Shown: positions 1-24,845, counted from the stretch's first letter. The stretch is 64,000 bases of DNA from Amoebidium appalachense (GCA_963693365.1 CAVNZM010000010.1:3780159-3844158), one strand, 5' to 3'. Translations and numbers: made by a program. The notes: generated by a model not told the origin, from the sequence alone.

Positions 1-28
1 CTCTCCGTACTTTGAGGTTTTTACCCCC

Positions 29-59
<31 letters not shown>

Positions 60-275
60 AAAAAAAAAAAAAAAACATGCAAATCAAAGATCATTTTAAA
101 AGGGGAAACCAGGCGATGGGTGTTGTTCAAGTGCCCTCTACCTGCATGCATGTTTTTTTTTCTTCTTTTTTTTCCGTTCTTTTGTTCGGCTTCCATGTTT
201 GCCAACCTCTAATGTGTGCGTACACCAACCCCCAAACCCTCCCCTCCCCTCCCCCCCCCACCTCCCCCCCCCCCC

Positions 276-306
<31 letters not shown>

Positions 307-886
307 ACACACACACTGCGAGCAGCAGTATGAACAAAGTCGAACATGACATTCCAGCCGTGGTATACTGACCATCACTGCTATGTCACACCCAATGACA
401 CGCTACCCAATTCTCACTCCTTAGAAGACGGGAAACTGTTTTAATTCCCCAGGGAATGTAAAAAAAACGGTTTTTCTTCAGAGGCTGCTGAAAGTATGCT
501 AACTCCCAGAAGCGGGAAATATTCCAATACTCTTCAGGATCGGGAGAAAATGAAGTTGTATCAATAATAGAGGGGGAGGGGGGAGGGGGAGGGGGGGGGG
601 GGGGGGGGGGGGGGAGGGGGATAATGCGCGGACAAGCCACCCGACTAAGACGTGCTGTGTGTGAGCAGATTGTTGTGCAGAAGCTTCTGGTGGTGACTGA
701 GCGTGTGGATGGGGGGGAGAACAATCTGCGCAGTGCGGCATACGAGGCACTCATGCAGATGCTGAGCAACTCGGCTACGGTACGTGTTTGTTGCGAATAT
801 TAGTGTTTGTTGTCATTGATGATGTTAGGTGTTATGTTGTGGTTGTTGTTACTGCCATTGATACTAATGTTGTTTCTGTTTCCCCC

Positions 887-917
<31 letters not shown>

Positions 918-1371
918 ACGCCACCACCACCACAAAAACAAACAAACTAACAAACAAACAAAAAAAAAAAAAAAAAAACGAATCTCCCAACTCTTACTCC
1001 GCCGCTGCCCACGTTTTCATGGCCTTCTATGTGACCGAAATATCCCCCTGTGTTTCATTTTTGTGCTTTCTGCTGTGTATCACATTCTCCTAACCACCTC
1101 CTTTTTCTCGTTTTTTCTTCGTTTTTCTCGTTGCTCTTCCTTGGTTGTGCGTGTGTGTGTTCCTGTGTGCACGTATTGGTGTGGGTGCTCTTTTACCTGG
1201 GGGGGGGGGGGGGGGGGGGGGGGATTGAATTTTTTCTATGTCTCATTTTTTTAATTTATTGTCTTATCTATGTTTTTTTCCCCGCAGGACTGCTACCCGA
1301 CGCTTGAGAAGGTGACGGTGGTCATCATTGACCGGCTGGAGCGCGCACTGCACAAGCAGGACGTACGTGCC

Positions 1372-1437
<66 letters not shown>

Positions 1438-1454
1438 CGCGCGCGCGCGCGCGC

Positions 1455-1545
<91 letters not shown>

Positions 1546-1995
1546 TGTGTGCTGGAGTGCATGTATGTGTGTGTGCAAAACTGTGTGTTCGTGCCTGCCT
1601 GCCCATCCGCATGCGCTGTTGTGCACACACCTCTGCTCGGGTGTTTGGGGAGAGGGATTCGTGTGTGTACACGTCCATGTGTGTATGTCTGTTCACATAT
1701 ACTTCAAAGAACGAGAGAGGAGGTAGGATGGGGTAGGGGGGGAATGGGGGAGGGGGGAGGAGGCGGGGCAGAAAATGGGAACAGGGGGGAAGTGAGGAGA
1801 TGGTTTTATAATCTGCACAGACCTATGAACGCACATGGCCTATTGCAATCTCGCCATTGCAATCTCCCCATTTCCATTTCATTTTCATCATGTGGTGTAT
1901 GTAAGAGCTCACACGTCTATTTATAGGGCCATGACGTCACGGACCGTCTGGTTCACTCTGAGGTTCAGAGTCTGCTGTGTGCCACCCTCCAGGTA

Positions 1996-2031
<36 letters not shown>

Positions 2032-2893
2032 CCCCTCCTCTTCTCCCCCGGCTCGAAGTGTTTCCTGTTTGTACAGTTGGTTTTTTTTTGTTTTGTTTTT
2101 GTGGTGTCTTTGCTTCTTTGCTTCCATATTTGCCACCCTGTCATGCACCCCCTCCCCCCCCCCCCCCCCCCCCCCCCTCCCCCCCCCCCCCCCCCCCCCC
2201 CTCCCCCCCGCCCCCTCTCCTCACTCTTCCCTGACCTGCTTGTTTCCAGTGTTCGTGCCCTGTCAACTCCAACCCTCGCCCCACCCTTTCCCCCCACCCG
2301 TCCCTGATGATGGGCTCTGTTCAAGCATCTTCTGCCTGCACGTTTTTTGTTTGTACCATTCTCTGTAATTTGTAGAATTTCGGATCTTCCTTCTTAAAAC
2401 GTTTGTATTCTGTCCTGTGGTGTCTCCTCCAATGCTCTAATGCTTACATCCCCCCCCCCCCCCACCACCACCTTTCCCCACAGGTTGTGCTCCGTAAGCT
2501 GCGCAAGGAACACGTTGTTCAACTTTCACAGCGGGTGATGAACATACTGGTGTACATGTTCCAGTTGAGCGCCAATCAGGGCCAGGGAGGTGTGCAGGAG
2601 GATGCACTCATGGCCATCACCGCACTCATCAATGGTATGTGTGCGTTAAAATTTAGAAATCTTTAAAACAAATAATGTGCACCCGCCCCCTCCCCCCTCC
2701 AATAATAATGACACTACTAATATTAATCAAGCAAATAAGTAAATGATATTATTATTGATATGTTATGAGTAATAACTTTGGAATGTTTTCTCTAGGTGGC
2801 GGGCGGGGAAGTAATGGAAAAAATTCGTTTTTTGTGGTGTGGTGGTGATATGGGGAGGGGGGGGGGGGGGAGGGGGGGGGGGGGGGGGGGGGG

Positions 2894-2939
<46 letters not shown>

Positions 2940-3589
2940 ACTTACACTCGCGAATGACGTGTGTTCCCCTTCCTCCCCTTTCCCCCTCGGGATGGGCACT
3001 CACTATGATGCCATACTCACTGTGTGGTCTGCAATCTGCATGGTGTGGTCCGTCGGGAGTGTTTACTTCATACTCTTTTTCACATTCTAACACCCCTTCT
3101 CTCCTTCCCCCCCTGCCCTCGCGCCACACGCACTCACGCACACAGACACACACACACACACACACACACCCAACACACACACCGTTCCCCCCTTCCCCCC
3201 CTCTCCCGTCCCCCCTTTTCAACACATGTGTACACACACACCCGTCCCCCCCCCCCCCCCCCCCCCCCACCACCACCACCACCACCACCACCACACACAC
3301 GCACAATCCTCCCACCCTCCCACCCTCCCACCCTCCCCCCTCCCCCCTCCCTCCACACACACACACACGCCATACACACACACGTACAGCCATGGAGCAA
3401 GGGTTCATCCAGTACATGGAGGCATTCAAACCCTACCTCCTCCTGGGCCTGCGCAACCACCAGGAGCACGGGGTTTGCAATCTCTGTGTGGGCCTTATTG
3501 GGGACATTTGCCGTGCACTGACTACCGATGTCCTCCCTTACTGCGATGAGCTGATGAACCAACTCTTGGCTAACCTTTCGGTAATTTAC

Positions 3590-3633
<44 letters not shown>

Positions 3634-4057
3634 AAAAAAAAAAAAAAAAAACCAAAAAAACAGAGAGAGAGAGAGAGAAAAAAAAATAGAAAAAAGAAAG
3701 AAAAAGAAAACCCGAAATCCTCAAACATAAAAGCCCCCCCGCCCCCCTCCCCCCCTCTGTCCTCCTCTTCCATCGCCCATGTTTTACATTGTGATGGTTG
3801 GCGAATCTGTGTTGTGTGTGGTATTGTAGATCTTTATAAACCCACCTTTCCCTGTGGGGAATGGGGCGTTTAGGTTGGTGCATTGGGAGAGAAAATAGTT
3901 GCCGCATCCGGGGGGGGGGGGGGGGGGGGGGGGGGATGGGGGGAGGGGGGTAGGATCAAGTACTGACGTCGTTTTTCAGGACCCGACCCTTCACCGAAGT
4001 GTCAAGCCAAGCATTCTGAGTGCTTTTGGAGGTATATAATCCCCCCCCCTTCCCCCC

Positions 4058-4091
<34 letters not shown>

Positions 4092-5958
4092 AGAATGAGA
4101 ACCTCCATGCCACCCCCAAATTTTACCTGCCCGTTACTCTGTTCCTGTGATTGCAGTTTTGCATCATCCATCACCCCTCCCCCTCTCCCCCCCCCCCCTT
4201 CTTCTCCGGTACTGTTTAATACTTGGGCCATCCTGAGGATGAGCTCTGCTCATAATGCATACTTGTTGTGTGTGGTTTGCACTCTGCACTGTGTTGTCCG
4301 ACGTGATTGTGTACTTCGTACTCTGTAGCAAGTACTAACTCCTTCCCCCCCCCCCCCCCCTCCCCCCCCCCCCCCCCCCGGGCCTCCCCTGCCCACCATC
4401 CTTCCCCTCTGCCCACCACTCTTCCGCTCTGCCCACCACCCTTCCCCCCTTCTGGCCTCCCCCCCCCCCCCCCCCCAACACACACACACACCCACCATTT
4501 TTTCAAACCCCCCCCCCCCCCCCCACGCCCCACATCCCCCTTCCCCGTACACACACACACACACACGTACACGTACACAGATGTTGCCATAGCCATTGGC
4601 CCCAGCTTCCTCAAGTACGTTCAGCACACACTGGCTGTGCTCGACCAGGCTGCACAGACCCAGATTGATGCCGTAAATGCCCAACCCCCCGTCCACCACC
4701 ACACTTCATGAGCGTGCGCATGTGCGAGGGCAACTACACCGGCCCTGCCTTCCCTCCCCCCCTCCCCTCCCCGCCCTCCTCTCCCGTCGCGCCGCCGCCG
4801 AGCATAATTTTGGGTTGGGGAGGTTTGCCAGGTTGAAGAATGACATGCATGCATTATGCATGTTTATGTTTTTTTTTTTCCCCCAAGCTCTCACAGCTTT
4901 TGCTGATACCGTTTTTTGTGTTTGCGCAGAAGAACTATGAGCTAGTGGAGTATCAGAACCAGCTGAGGGAGGGAGTGCTGGACGCATACACGGGTATCAT
5001 CATCGGATTGAAGGGGGACGACCAGAAGACCTTTAACCGTGAGTGCTTGCTTGTGCACACAAGCGCACACGTGCAGACACGTACACATGCACGTACATGC
5101 AAACACATGCACACGTACATGCAAACACGTACACATGCACATACATGCACACGTACATGCAAACACATGCACACGTGCGTGCAAACACGTACACATGCAC
5201 ATACATGCACACGTACATGCAAACACATGCACACGTACGTGCAAACACATGCACACGTACATGCAAACACATGCACCACGTACATGCAGACACGTACAAG
5301 CACGCGCACGCACGAAGGCGCACAGAAGCTACACGGGTAACCACCCACACACGTACACACACGCACACACACACACATGTTCATATCATGTGCGCGAAGA
5401 GGAAACACACACGAATGCATATACATGCAAACGAACATACACACCCCCACAAGCAAGCACATACACGCACATGTGCATACGAAGCTACATGCACATACAC
5501 ACACGTATACAAGCGCCTCTAAAAGTAAGCAAGCAAGCACACGGTGGTGCACACACAGGCTCGCAAAGATGTGTGCATGCATGCACATACATGCACACAC
5601 AACCTTTTTTCTTGTGCAAATCACGCGAGAAATGATAACTTAAGTGTCGGCCTAGTGTGCGCTGTGTCAGTGTGAGTGGTACGTGCACGTGCATGTAAAC
5701 GGAAGCCGCATTGGGCCGGAAGGCGGCAGCTCTCTGACATTCTACCTCCCCACCTCCCCGATGCGTACCCTTACTACGTTTTCCCCCTGCTTGTCATCAC
5801 CCCTCACCTGCTTACGTCATCACCTCTCCCCTGCCCACTTCATCACCTCTGCTTTTCTAATGTCCTCACGTCTTTCCATGCACACGTTTTTTTTTTTTTT
5901 TGATTTGCCCCTCTCCCATGCTTACGTCATTACCCCTCCCCTCCCCCCTCCCCCCCTC

Positions 5959-6051
<93 letters not shown>

Positions 6052-6268
6052 CCAACGTGTACCAGCTCAAGCCCTACGTTGTGCCGGTGATGTCTTTCAT
6101 CCAGCGCTGTGCAGAGGACAGGGACCACACAGACACTATCGTGCGCTCATGCTGCGGCATGATTGGGTATGTACCCCCCCCCCCCCCCCCCCCCAACCCC
6201 ACCCCTTTCCCCCTCCTATTTTTTCAAAGCACACCGGCCAGCAAAAAACACACATGCACACAAACACG

Positions 6269-6316
<48 letters not shown>

Positions 6317-6405
6317 GACACGCGCGCGCACACACACACACACACATAGACAAACACACAAACAGATGCGCGCGCCGCCGTCCTCGCCTTAGCTAATGCC
6401 ACCAC

Positions 6406-6443
<38 letters not shown>

Positions 6444-6951
6444 CACATACAACAGATGGTGTACACACACACGCGCGCGCGCACACGCACACATACGCAC
6501 ACACACACACGCACACATACACACACACACATACACGCACACATACACACGCACACATACACCCACACACACACGCACACATACACACACACACACACGC
6601 ACACATACACGCACACATACACACACGCACACATACACACGCACACACGCACACATACACACACACGCACACGCACACATACACACACACGCACACGCAC
6701 ACGCACACATACACACACACAAACACGCACACATACACACACACACACACGCACGCACACATACACACACACATGTACAAACGTGCACACACACTCTGAC
6801 GTGGATCTTACCCAGGGACTTCTGTGAGATCTTCCGCCAGGACATGCGCCCGCTCCTTGAGCAGGCATGGGTCAGTCGTCTCCTGAAGGAGGGGAGGGCC
6901 TCGTCCAATGGAAACACACGGAAGACCGCAGAATGGGCTGGAAAGGTTCTA

Positions 6952-6985
<34 letters not shown>

Positions 6986-7514
6986 ACCACACATACACAC
7001 AACTCAACAACAAATCCTCCCCCTCCTCCTCTTCCACCCTCCTAGATATTTGTTTTTTGACCTGGCACCCTTGTTTTAGTTTCTGTAGGGGTCGATGTTT
7101 GTCACGATGTTAGAGTTTGTTTAAGGTTTGCCCCCGTGCTTTGCTTTCGTACTAAGTTTCTCCATCTTAACCCCTTTCCCCATCTCCCCCCCCCCCCCCC
7201 CCTCCCCCTCCCCCTCCCCCCCTCTCACCACCACACCACCAAAGCATATTATCGCCAACACACACATGGGCAAAGGGGAAAGAAGAAGAGTTAAAGAAAA
7301 CGTGCCCCCCCCCCCCCTTCCCCCCCCCCCTCTCTCTCTCCTTCTCCCCCCCCCCCCCCCCCCCCCCCCCCCAACACACACACACACACGCACATGCACA
7401 TACCCCGCCTTTACAAAAACTGTTTTTTTTTGCCCAAGTGTTTTATATGCGCACGTTAATTCCGTGATTACCCTGCAGACTATCCGGGAGAAGTGTGGGG
7501 CCGTCAACCACTAA
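1..7514 (+). CDS. KPNB1: Importin subunit beta-1 (karyopherin beta-1), C-terminal half; 5' part lies outside the window. Exons: <1-16, 669-779, 1288-1362, 1927-1992, 2484-2634, 3390-3580, 3980-4031, 4581-4672, 4930-5038, 6052-6166, 6816-6945, 7479-7514
   Basis: All introns GT-AG with consistent phases. Spliced peptide SPYFE|[19 protein letters not shown]..|DCYP..|QSLLCATLQ|[15 protein letters not shown]..|[19 protein letters not shown]..|[14 protein letters not shown]|DVAIAIG..|[19 protein letters not shown]..|..KTAEWA is colinear with animal/fungal importin-beta HEAT repeats as I recall them. Confidence 0.96.
2986..3092 (+). repeat. Intronic element copy (importin-beta)
   Basis: gtgtggtctgcaatctgcatggtgtggtccg..tacttcatactct..cacattctaac. 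Confidence 0.7.
4221..4339 (+). repeat. Intronic ~120-bp dispersed element, copy in importin-beta intron
   Basis: acttgggcc..tgaggatg..gtgtggtttgcactctgca..gtgttgtccg..tgtgtacttcgtactctgta..tactaac. Confidence 0.85.
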
Positions 7515-8123
7515 GATTTTATCGAAGGACACAAGGTGGTAGCAGAAAGGTGGATGTGGTGGATGTGGCACAACGGAAAATGGAAACGGAAATCGGAGGA
7601 AAGGAACCGGAAAATGAAAATAACGGATTGAGAGAGAGTGGGTGTAGGCGTGGTGCAGTGGTGGAAACGGATGGCTGAGCTGCGGGTGTTGCATCTAAAG
7701 CAGAGACTTCCGAATAAATTCGGGGACATTACCCGGAAAATACGGGAACGAAGAGGTGGAAAATGGGGAAATAGTAAGGAAGATGTTAGAAGATGGATAA
7801 TAGAATAGAAAACGAAGAAATAGAGTGAAGAGAAGAGAAGGCACATGAGAGAGAAGCCGCCACCAGGAGAAAAGGAAAAAAACGAAAAGAAGGACAAAAA
7901 ATCGGAATGAAAGAATGTCGGAATATGATTGTGTTATAATGGACGGGAAAACGGGAAAGAGTAAGAATAGGAATAGAAGAGAGTGGCTGTATGTAGTAGT
8001 CACGAAGGAATATTGATGGGAAATGATTTCCGTTTTGGGCCTTCCATCTCTGCGTGCGAGCTATTTATTCCCCTTGCGGATGTTTGCACAAGTTTGAATT
8101 GACAATTCACGTGGTTTTGTGTT

Positions 8124-8163
<40 letters not shown>

Positions 8164-8722
8164 TTTTTTTTTTTTTGCCTTTCCTACACTTCTGTTTCTT
8201 TAAAAGATTGACATAGACGAGTCTTCGCGAAACGTTTCTTTTACACCCGCACAATGTCATGATATAGCTTTTATAGGTGGTCGTTTCTTTGTAGTTATTG
8301 ATGCATCCATCACAGTGCCTTTAGTTCTACTTATGTTAAATATGGGTGTGGTATATTGCTCAAAATAATCGATGTATCCATACGATTTTGTCTGGAGATA
8401 TACCTCTTATTTGGCGTTTTAGATTGTAACATGAAATTACAGACACTACAGAATTGGTATGTTCTCTTTGCATTGCGTGAGCGAAATATTCTGTTCAAGT
8501 ATTCCTGGACCAGGGGTATGCACCGGCACGATGGCTTATGTGTTACTTGAAATAGTAAAACATAAAGAAAAGAAAATTCAGCATCTTAAAAAATTTGATG
8601 AGAATCCAGTCCCCCCAATTTTTGTGACGTTTTGTTTTTGCTCTTTGGTGCCCCCTCCATATTTCCAACCCTCAGTAACGCATACATCCCCCCTCCCCCC
8701 CCCCCCCCCCCCCTCCCCCCCC

Positions 8723-8753
<31 letters not shown>

Positions 8754-8923
8754 ACACACAACAACAACAACATCACCATCACCACCTTCCCTGTTCCCTT
8801 GAACTATGTGATTGAGTTTATTAGGAACAAACAAATTCACAAAGCACTGATCGGCCACGTTCCGCTTCACTTGTAAAGTATACCTGTTTTTTTTATCTCG
8901 GCCACTCTGTGAGCGTGTGTATG

Positions 8924-8973
<50 letters not shown>

Positions 8974-9897
8974 AGGTAAAATTTGTGATCATTGAAGTGA
9001 TACAAAAAGGTTTGTGTACACACTGTGCGTGTGCGCTTGCGTGTGTGTGGTTGAATGTGCCCAGTACTAGTGGCATGGCACGTTTGTGCATAATTAAGCC
9101 TGTGCATATTTGCCTGACTGCCTGAGTCTTGATCGATGACTCAGTCAAAGTTTGTCACTCTACTCTCTATGTGTGGTGGTGGTGGTGGTGGTGGTGGTGC
9201 ACGGTGATGGGGCGTTTTGGGGGGGGGAGGGGGGGGGGGGTGAGGGGAAGCTGGTGGACAATTGCAACTTGCATGAGACTCACAATCAGTGTCAAAATTT
9301 TAACGAGGCAGGTGTACAATACGACAAAGGGTATAATTGTGTGGTGTAAACATGAACCGCAGCTTTCCATCGGTGTGACTGTGCGCGCGGCCGCGTACAC
9401 GTGCACACATGTGTGCAGATATATGTGTGTATGCGCGAATGGGTGGGTGGGCACCGGTAGGCCTATGGCCGGGTTTTGTGTCCTCATCATGACTGTCGAC
9501 TCGACGAATCGATGCGCTTGCAAGCATGCCACCTACAGGCACTTTGTGACTTTCATTTGGTGTGCAAAACAATGTACATTATTATGCAAATGTGCCACGG
9601 CCACGGCCGTACGTGGATGATATGTGGGTGGGTGCATGTGGTTGAGTGGTGGCATGCGCTCATGATGGTGAATGTGGTAGGTCGACAAGGGAGGGTAGGT
9701 GGGTGGGGGGGTGGGGGGGGGGCGGGGAGGGGGGAGGGAGGGGGGGGGGGGGGGGGGGGGGGGAGGAGCAGCACTTCCTGTATGTGCAAGTGGAGTGTTC
9801 AAGCGGACGACTGTACATGTGTGTACAGCCAGTGGAAGGGTGGAGGGGGGAGGTGGAGGGTGGGGATTGGAGGGTGAGAGGTGGGGGGGTGGGAAGT

Positions 9898-9955
<58 letters not shown>

Positions 9956-10034
9956 CCGGAGGGGGTAATGCGCTAGTGCCGTGTGTACCACATAGTCCTG
10001 TGTTCAAAGGTTGTGTGCACGTGTACACTTGAGG

Positions 10035-10081
<47 letters not shown>

Positions 10082-10776
10082 TGTGGAGGGGGAGGGGGGG
10101 GGAGTGGGCATTCGAGAACGGGCCACTGAACACGCCTGATAAGTTTTTACACGTGCACACTAAAATGCCAATATACCCGGTACAACCGACCAATCAAATG
10201 ACGGAATCGATTTCGAACGAACCAATCGAAATTCCACATGTAGTTGTCAGGCTAAGTTCATCTAGCGATAAAACCATACGCAGAAGCATGTACACTCAAA
10301 ACAGCCGTATGCACTATCAGTAGTGTGTATATTTCATATATATACTGGAATATATTGAATTTCATAATCATCCCAATTAGGAAACAAAATGTAACGGGAG
10401 AAAAACAACATGTAGGGTATAGCATATTTAGTCATTCGCTGATATAAGGGTGTGAGATGGGGGTGGGGTGGGGGGGGGGGGAGTTTGAGGGGGGGGGGGG
10501 GTAGGGAGGGAGGGAGGGAGGGAGGGAATAAGAAATGCCAATAACACATCATCGGATTTGGAAGATCCAAAAATACTAATATAGGAAATAAAAAAATTGC
10601 CTACGAATGTCGTTATTGCCCCTACCGCTTCAGCCAGGCACCCCCCCCCCCCTCTCCCCCGGGGCTCGAATATCATATGCATAAAAGTTGAATTCAAAAA
10701 CGCTAAGATTAATTTAAAAAACTAAATTAATAGTGACAACAGGATATGTAAATCACAACAGAGAAGAGAATTTGAA

Positions 10777-10873
10777 CCTGCCATATATGGCAACCAGCGA
10801 AGACCAGCCATATATGGCAACCAACGAACACCTGCCATATATGGCAGCAACCAACCGACACCTGCCATATATG
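10777..10873. repeat. Tandem ~27-30-bp repeat, 4 copies, with palindromic core GCCATATATGG(C), just 3' of the MBD-like gene stop
   Basis: cctgccatatatggc / ccagccatatatggc / cctgccatatatggc / cctgccatatatggt. Confidence 0.85.
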
Positions 10874-10878
10874 GTCAT

Positions 10879-17237
<6,359 letters not shown>

Positions 17238-17575
17238 GTTAATGCAAGCAGGCCATGCCTCTGCATGAATAATTCTTCGTGAAAAGGAATGAATGCAATA
17301 AATGCACTTTATTATGAATGAATGCAATAAACGCACTTTATGCACTGCGGCCACCGGAGTCATTTTGGCCTACTGCAGCATGCAGGGCCTGGGGCCGGGT
17401 GAAAGTTGCAGTTGCGCGCCTATTTTTGCGCAAAACAGGGACATTACGTAATCCCGACCCCTGGCTCGTGTCGGGTTCAGGCACAAAACTTGAATTCGAA
17501 TGAAGAGGGCCGTGGTTCAGGGTAGGGTTCAGGGTGAGAAATTGTAGCGTAAAGGTTGTATGCTGATGTGGCCAC

Positions 17576-17613
<38 letters not shown>

Positions 17614-18355
17614 GTGTGTGTGCGTGTGTGTGTGTGTGTGCGTGTCACATAGTGTGTTGATGGGTGGGAGGAGGGAACGCAAATACTGTGCTTCTGTTAC
17701 AGTCGCTGGCCAGTTGATTCAAAGTTTCTCCGTTCCGCGTGTCACTGACCGTCTGGGTCGTGCCATGTAGCTAAATATGAAAATTGCTTGTTATCAGTAA
17801 AGCTGAATACACGCACAAGCTTATGTTATACTAATACAAATAATTGAACTGAGGAACATTCTGTTTTGTTTTACCAGATACACACACAAGTACATGCATA
17901 TATATGGGACCGAATTGATTGAATTGGGTTTAATTTTTGTTTTGAAGAAACGAATTGGTATCGAAATTACTATGAAGAAAAAAAAGAAGATGAAGACGGC
18001 GGAAGAACAGGAAAAAGAACCCCCTAATAATACACAGACAAACTCTAGGGTCTGTCGTCATTCAAACAGTTTGCGCAGGCTAAGTACTTAAGTACTACAT
18101 TCCAATTACCGCACTTAAACACGATTATGTAGATATGAATAGTAACACGATAATGAATGGGTCCGGAGTGCATACTCATGTCTATAAGTGAACTTGTTCT
18201 ACTTACGAGTTTTTCACATACGAGTACGTATACACAGGCAATGCTAAGAACCCAACATTCGTCCCAACATTCGTCCCATGCCAATTAATCCCCCCCCCCC
18301 CCCCCCCCCCCCCCACCACCACCACCACCACCATCACACACACACACACACACTT

Positions 18356-18389
<34 letters not shown>

Positions 18390-18721
18390 GCACGCACGCA
18401 CGCACACACACACACAAAAAAAACCCCACAACCCGACTTACACCCGCACCTCCACCACCACCTCCAGTCACCCACCTCAACCCCCCCTCCCTTCCCCCCT
18501 TCTCCCCAAAAAATGAATAAACAAATAAAAACAAATAAATAAACAAAAAACAAAATTCACACACTAAACACCCGAATTTTTGCGACATAGAAATAACAAG
18601 TCAAAAAATCTGAACATTCCCAAAAATCAAATTTCGTCACACATAACTGTTTTAGCAAATTTCGCATATCACACGCTAAATAAAATCATATTATAATATT
18701 ACGGGGACCAACAGACACATC

Positions 18722-22893
<4,172 letters not shown>

Positions 22894-23472
22894 GGCTCTA
22901 GAGTTTTTCGACACACGATCATTCGCATGCAGGCTTTAGATCCAGCTAGAACTCGAGAACGTGTTTTCTGCACCGTCAGGTGATTATGACACAAGCAATT
23001 CAGTGCCACGAAAGTTATCATTTAGCTACTCTTAGAGTTCACGTGGAGGCATCCCACTACTTCAAAAGTTTCGCGTCTACCTTGCACTGTTGTGGTCATC
23101 ACAAGCACGGTGAGTTTGATGAGTGGATTCAAAATGAATGTTCAGGTGTACAGAGGGATCTTCCCAGAACTACAAGGTCATCCATGAATCAAAAAAAACG
23201 TTGCATACATCTACAGTGCCCTATGCGTTGCAGATAACATAGCTCCAAGTGTGACGGGGGCGAATAGGGCGGATATGAGATCGAGGGAGCGCGGGGGGGC
23301 AGAGGAGGGGGTCCCATATCATGGAAACGAGATCAAGTGAGATTTTCGGAACGGCCGGTGAGATTTCACCCACCGGTGCCGAGGACGATCACCCGGGAAA
23401 CATGAAGTGAACGGTTCCCCAGTGCTGCACTCGAATACGACAATGAAGGGTTTGGGGTGTGTGTGTGTGTGT

Positions 23473-23559
<87 letters not shown>

Positions 23560-23839
23560 GGCCAGGGGGGGAGGGGGGGTTGTGTGTGTTTGCCATGGCG
23601 TGGGCACGTGTGCGGTGGGTGTATATATCCACGTTTTTCTGTGCGTGTCTGTGTATGCGCGTATGTGTATGTGCGCAAGCACGTGTGTGTGTGTGAACAT
23701 GTGCTTGCCACGTGTGTGCACGTGCGCAGTGAATGTGTGTACATGTGCGTGAAAGTGGGCGCGCGCACCAAGGCCTTCTAAATAGCACACCATTTAGGAG
23801 GCCTTGGTCCGCACACACGTGTGTGGTGTGTGTGTGCAC

Positions 23840-23899
<60 letters not shown>

Positions 23900-24705
23900 C
23901 TGCACGTCCGGCAAATTTTAGTTCAAATGCGAACAATAATCTAGAAACCCCGGTGAGTCACACACACATACACGCACACGCACGTGGGCGCGCAAACACA
24001 CACATCCAAACACCGACACCCACGCCCACACAAACACACCCACCCACCCACCCACACACTCACCCACATACAATTGCAGTCATTGCAACGATTTAAGCAG
24101 GCATATGCATTCGGGTTTCTGGTTTGTCTTTTTCTATGGTTCGAACTATTAGCTATTATAATCCCCGTCCCACAGGTTTGAAGAAGCATTCTCAACCGTG
24201 TACCTCAGGCGCGACCTACACTCTTGGGTAAAATAAAAAAGAATCTCGGAACAATTTATTCCAAGGCCCTTGGTAAATTACTTAGATGTACTTTCACAAT
24301 ATACATACAAGGCCCGGATGAGTACATACGATACTGCTGGGGATGCACACGATAACCAATGCATGCCGACCTTTTTCTTGGATAACAAAGCCATTACTTA
24401 TGGAATAATATGATAATTCCGGTCAACAAAGTTTCTGCCCGCTCTAAACTTGGCTATATGCTGGAACACCCTAAACAGCCCCAAGTACATCAATAGTGAA
24501 TAATTTAGGAATGTACCAATGAACAATTAGCAGGACACCAAAGTAGATAAACTTTATAACCAGGATCTAGAGACTATACACCGAACTTTAGTAACCATAG
24601 CCTATACTTCATACTCACACGAGTTGTAATAAAATGGATAAGAAAATTTTGTAAGTCTCCACAGTATTCAAGTGACACTGCACAGACGCTCCCACCAACA
24701 CGACC

Positions 24706-24845
24706 AACCCAGGAATATAAAACAATAAAAAAAAGCAGGAACACAACCCAGGAACATTAAACAATAAAAAAAGTAGGAATACAACCCAGGAATATAAAAC
24801 AATAAAAAAAGTAGAAACACAACCCAGGATTATAAAACAATAATT
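24706..24845. repeat. AT-rich tandem repeat, ~38-bp unit, about 4 copies
   Basis: acaacccaggaatataaaacaataaaaaaagtagga reiterated. Confidence 0.85.

Noticed and set aside
1264-1926. Hundreds of ORF-track entries rich in [20 protein letters not shown]
   Set aside because: Translations of microsatellites and homopolymers that lack stop codons
4221-4339. Box C/D snoRNA interpretation of the intronic element (TGAGGA near the 5' end)
   Set aside because: No conserved terminal D box (CTGA) or terminal stem, and the C-like box varies among copies
17514-17537. Telomere-like GGTTCAGGG/TTAGGG repeats (also 36464-36486)
   Set aside because: Only 2-3 degenerate units, compatible with chance in G-rich DNA
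23319-24215. Possible exons HWGTVHFMFPG* and SRLRYTVENASSNLWDGDYNS* on the minus strand
   Set aside because: Short, no recognisable family, cannot be joined into a gene
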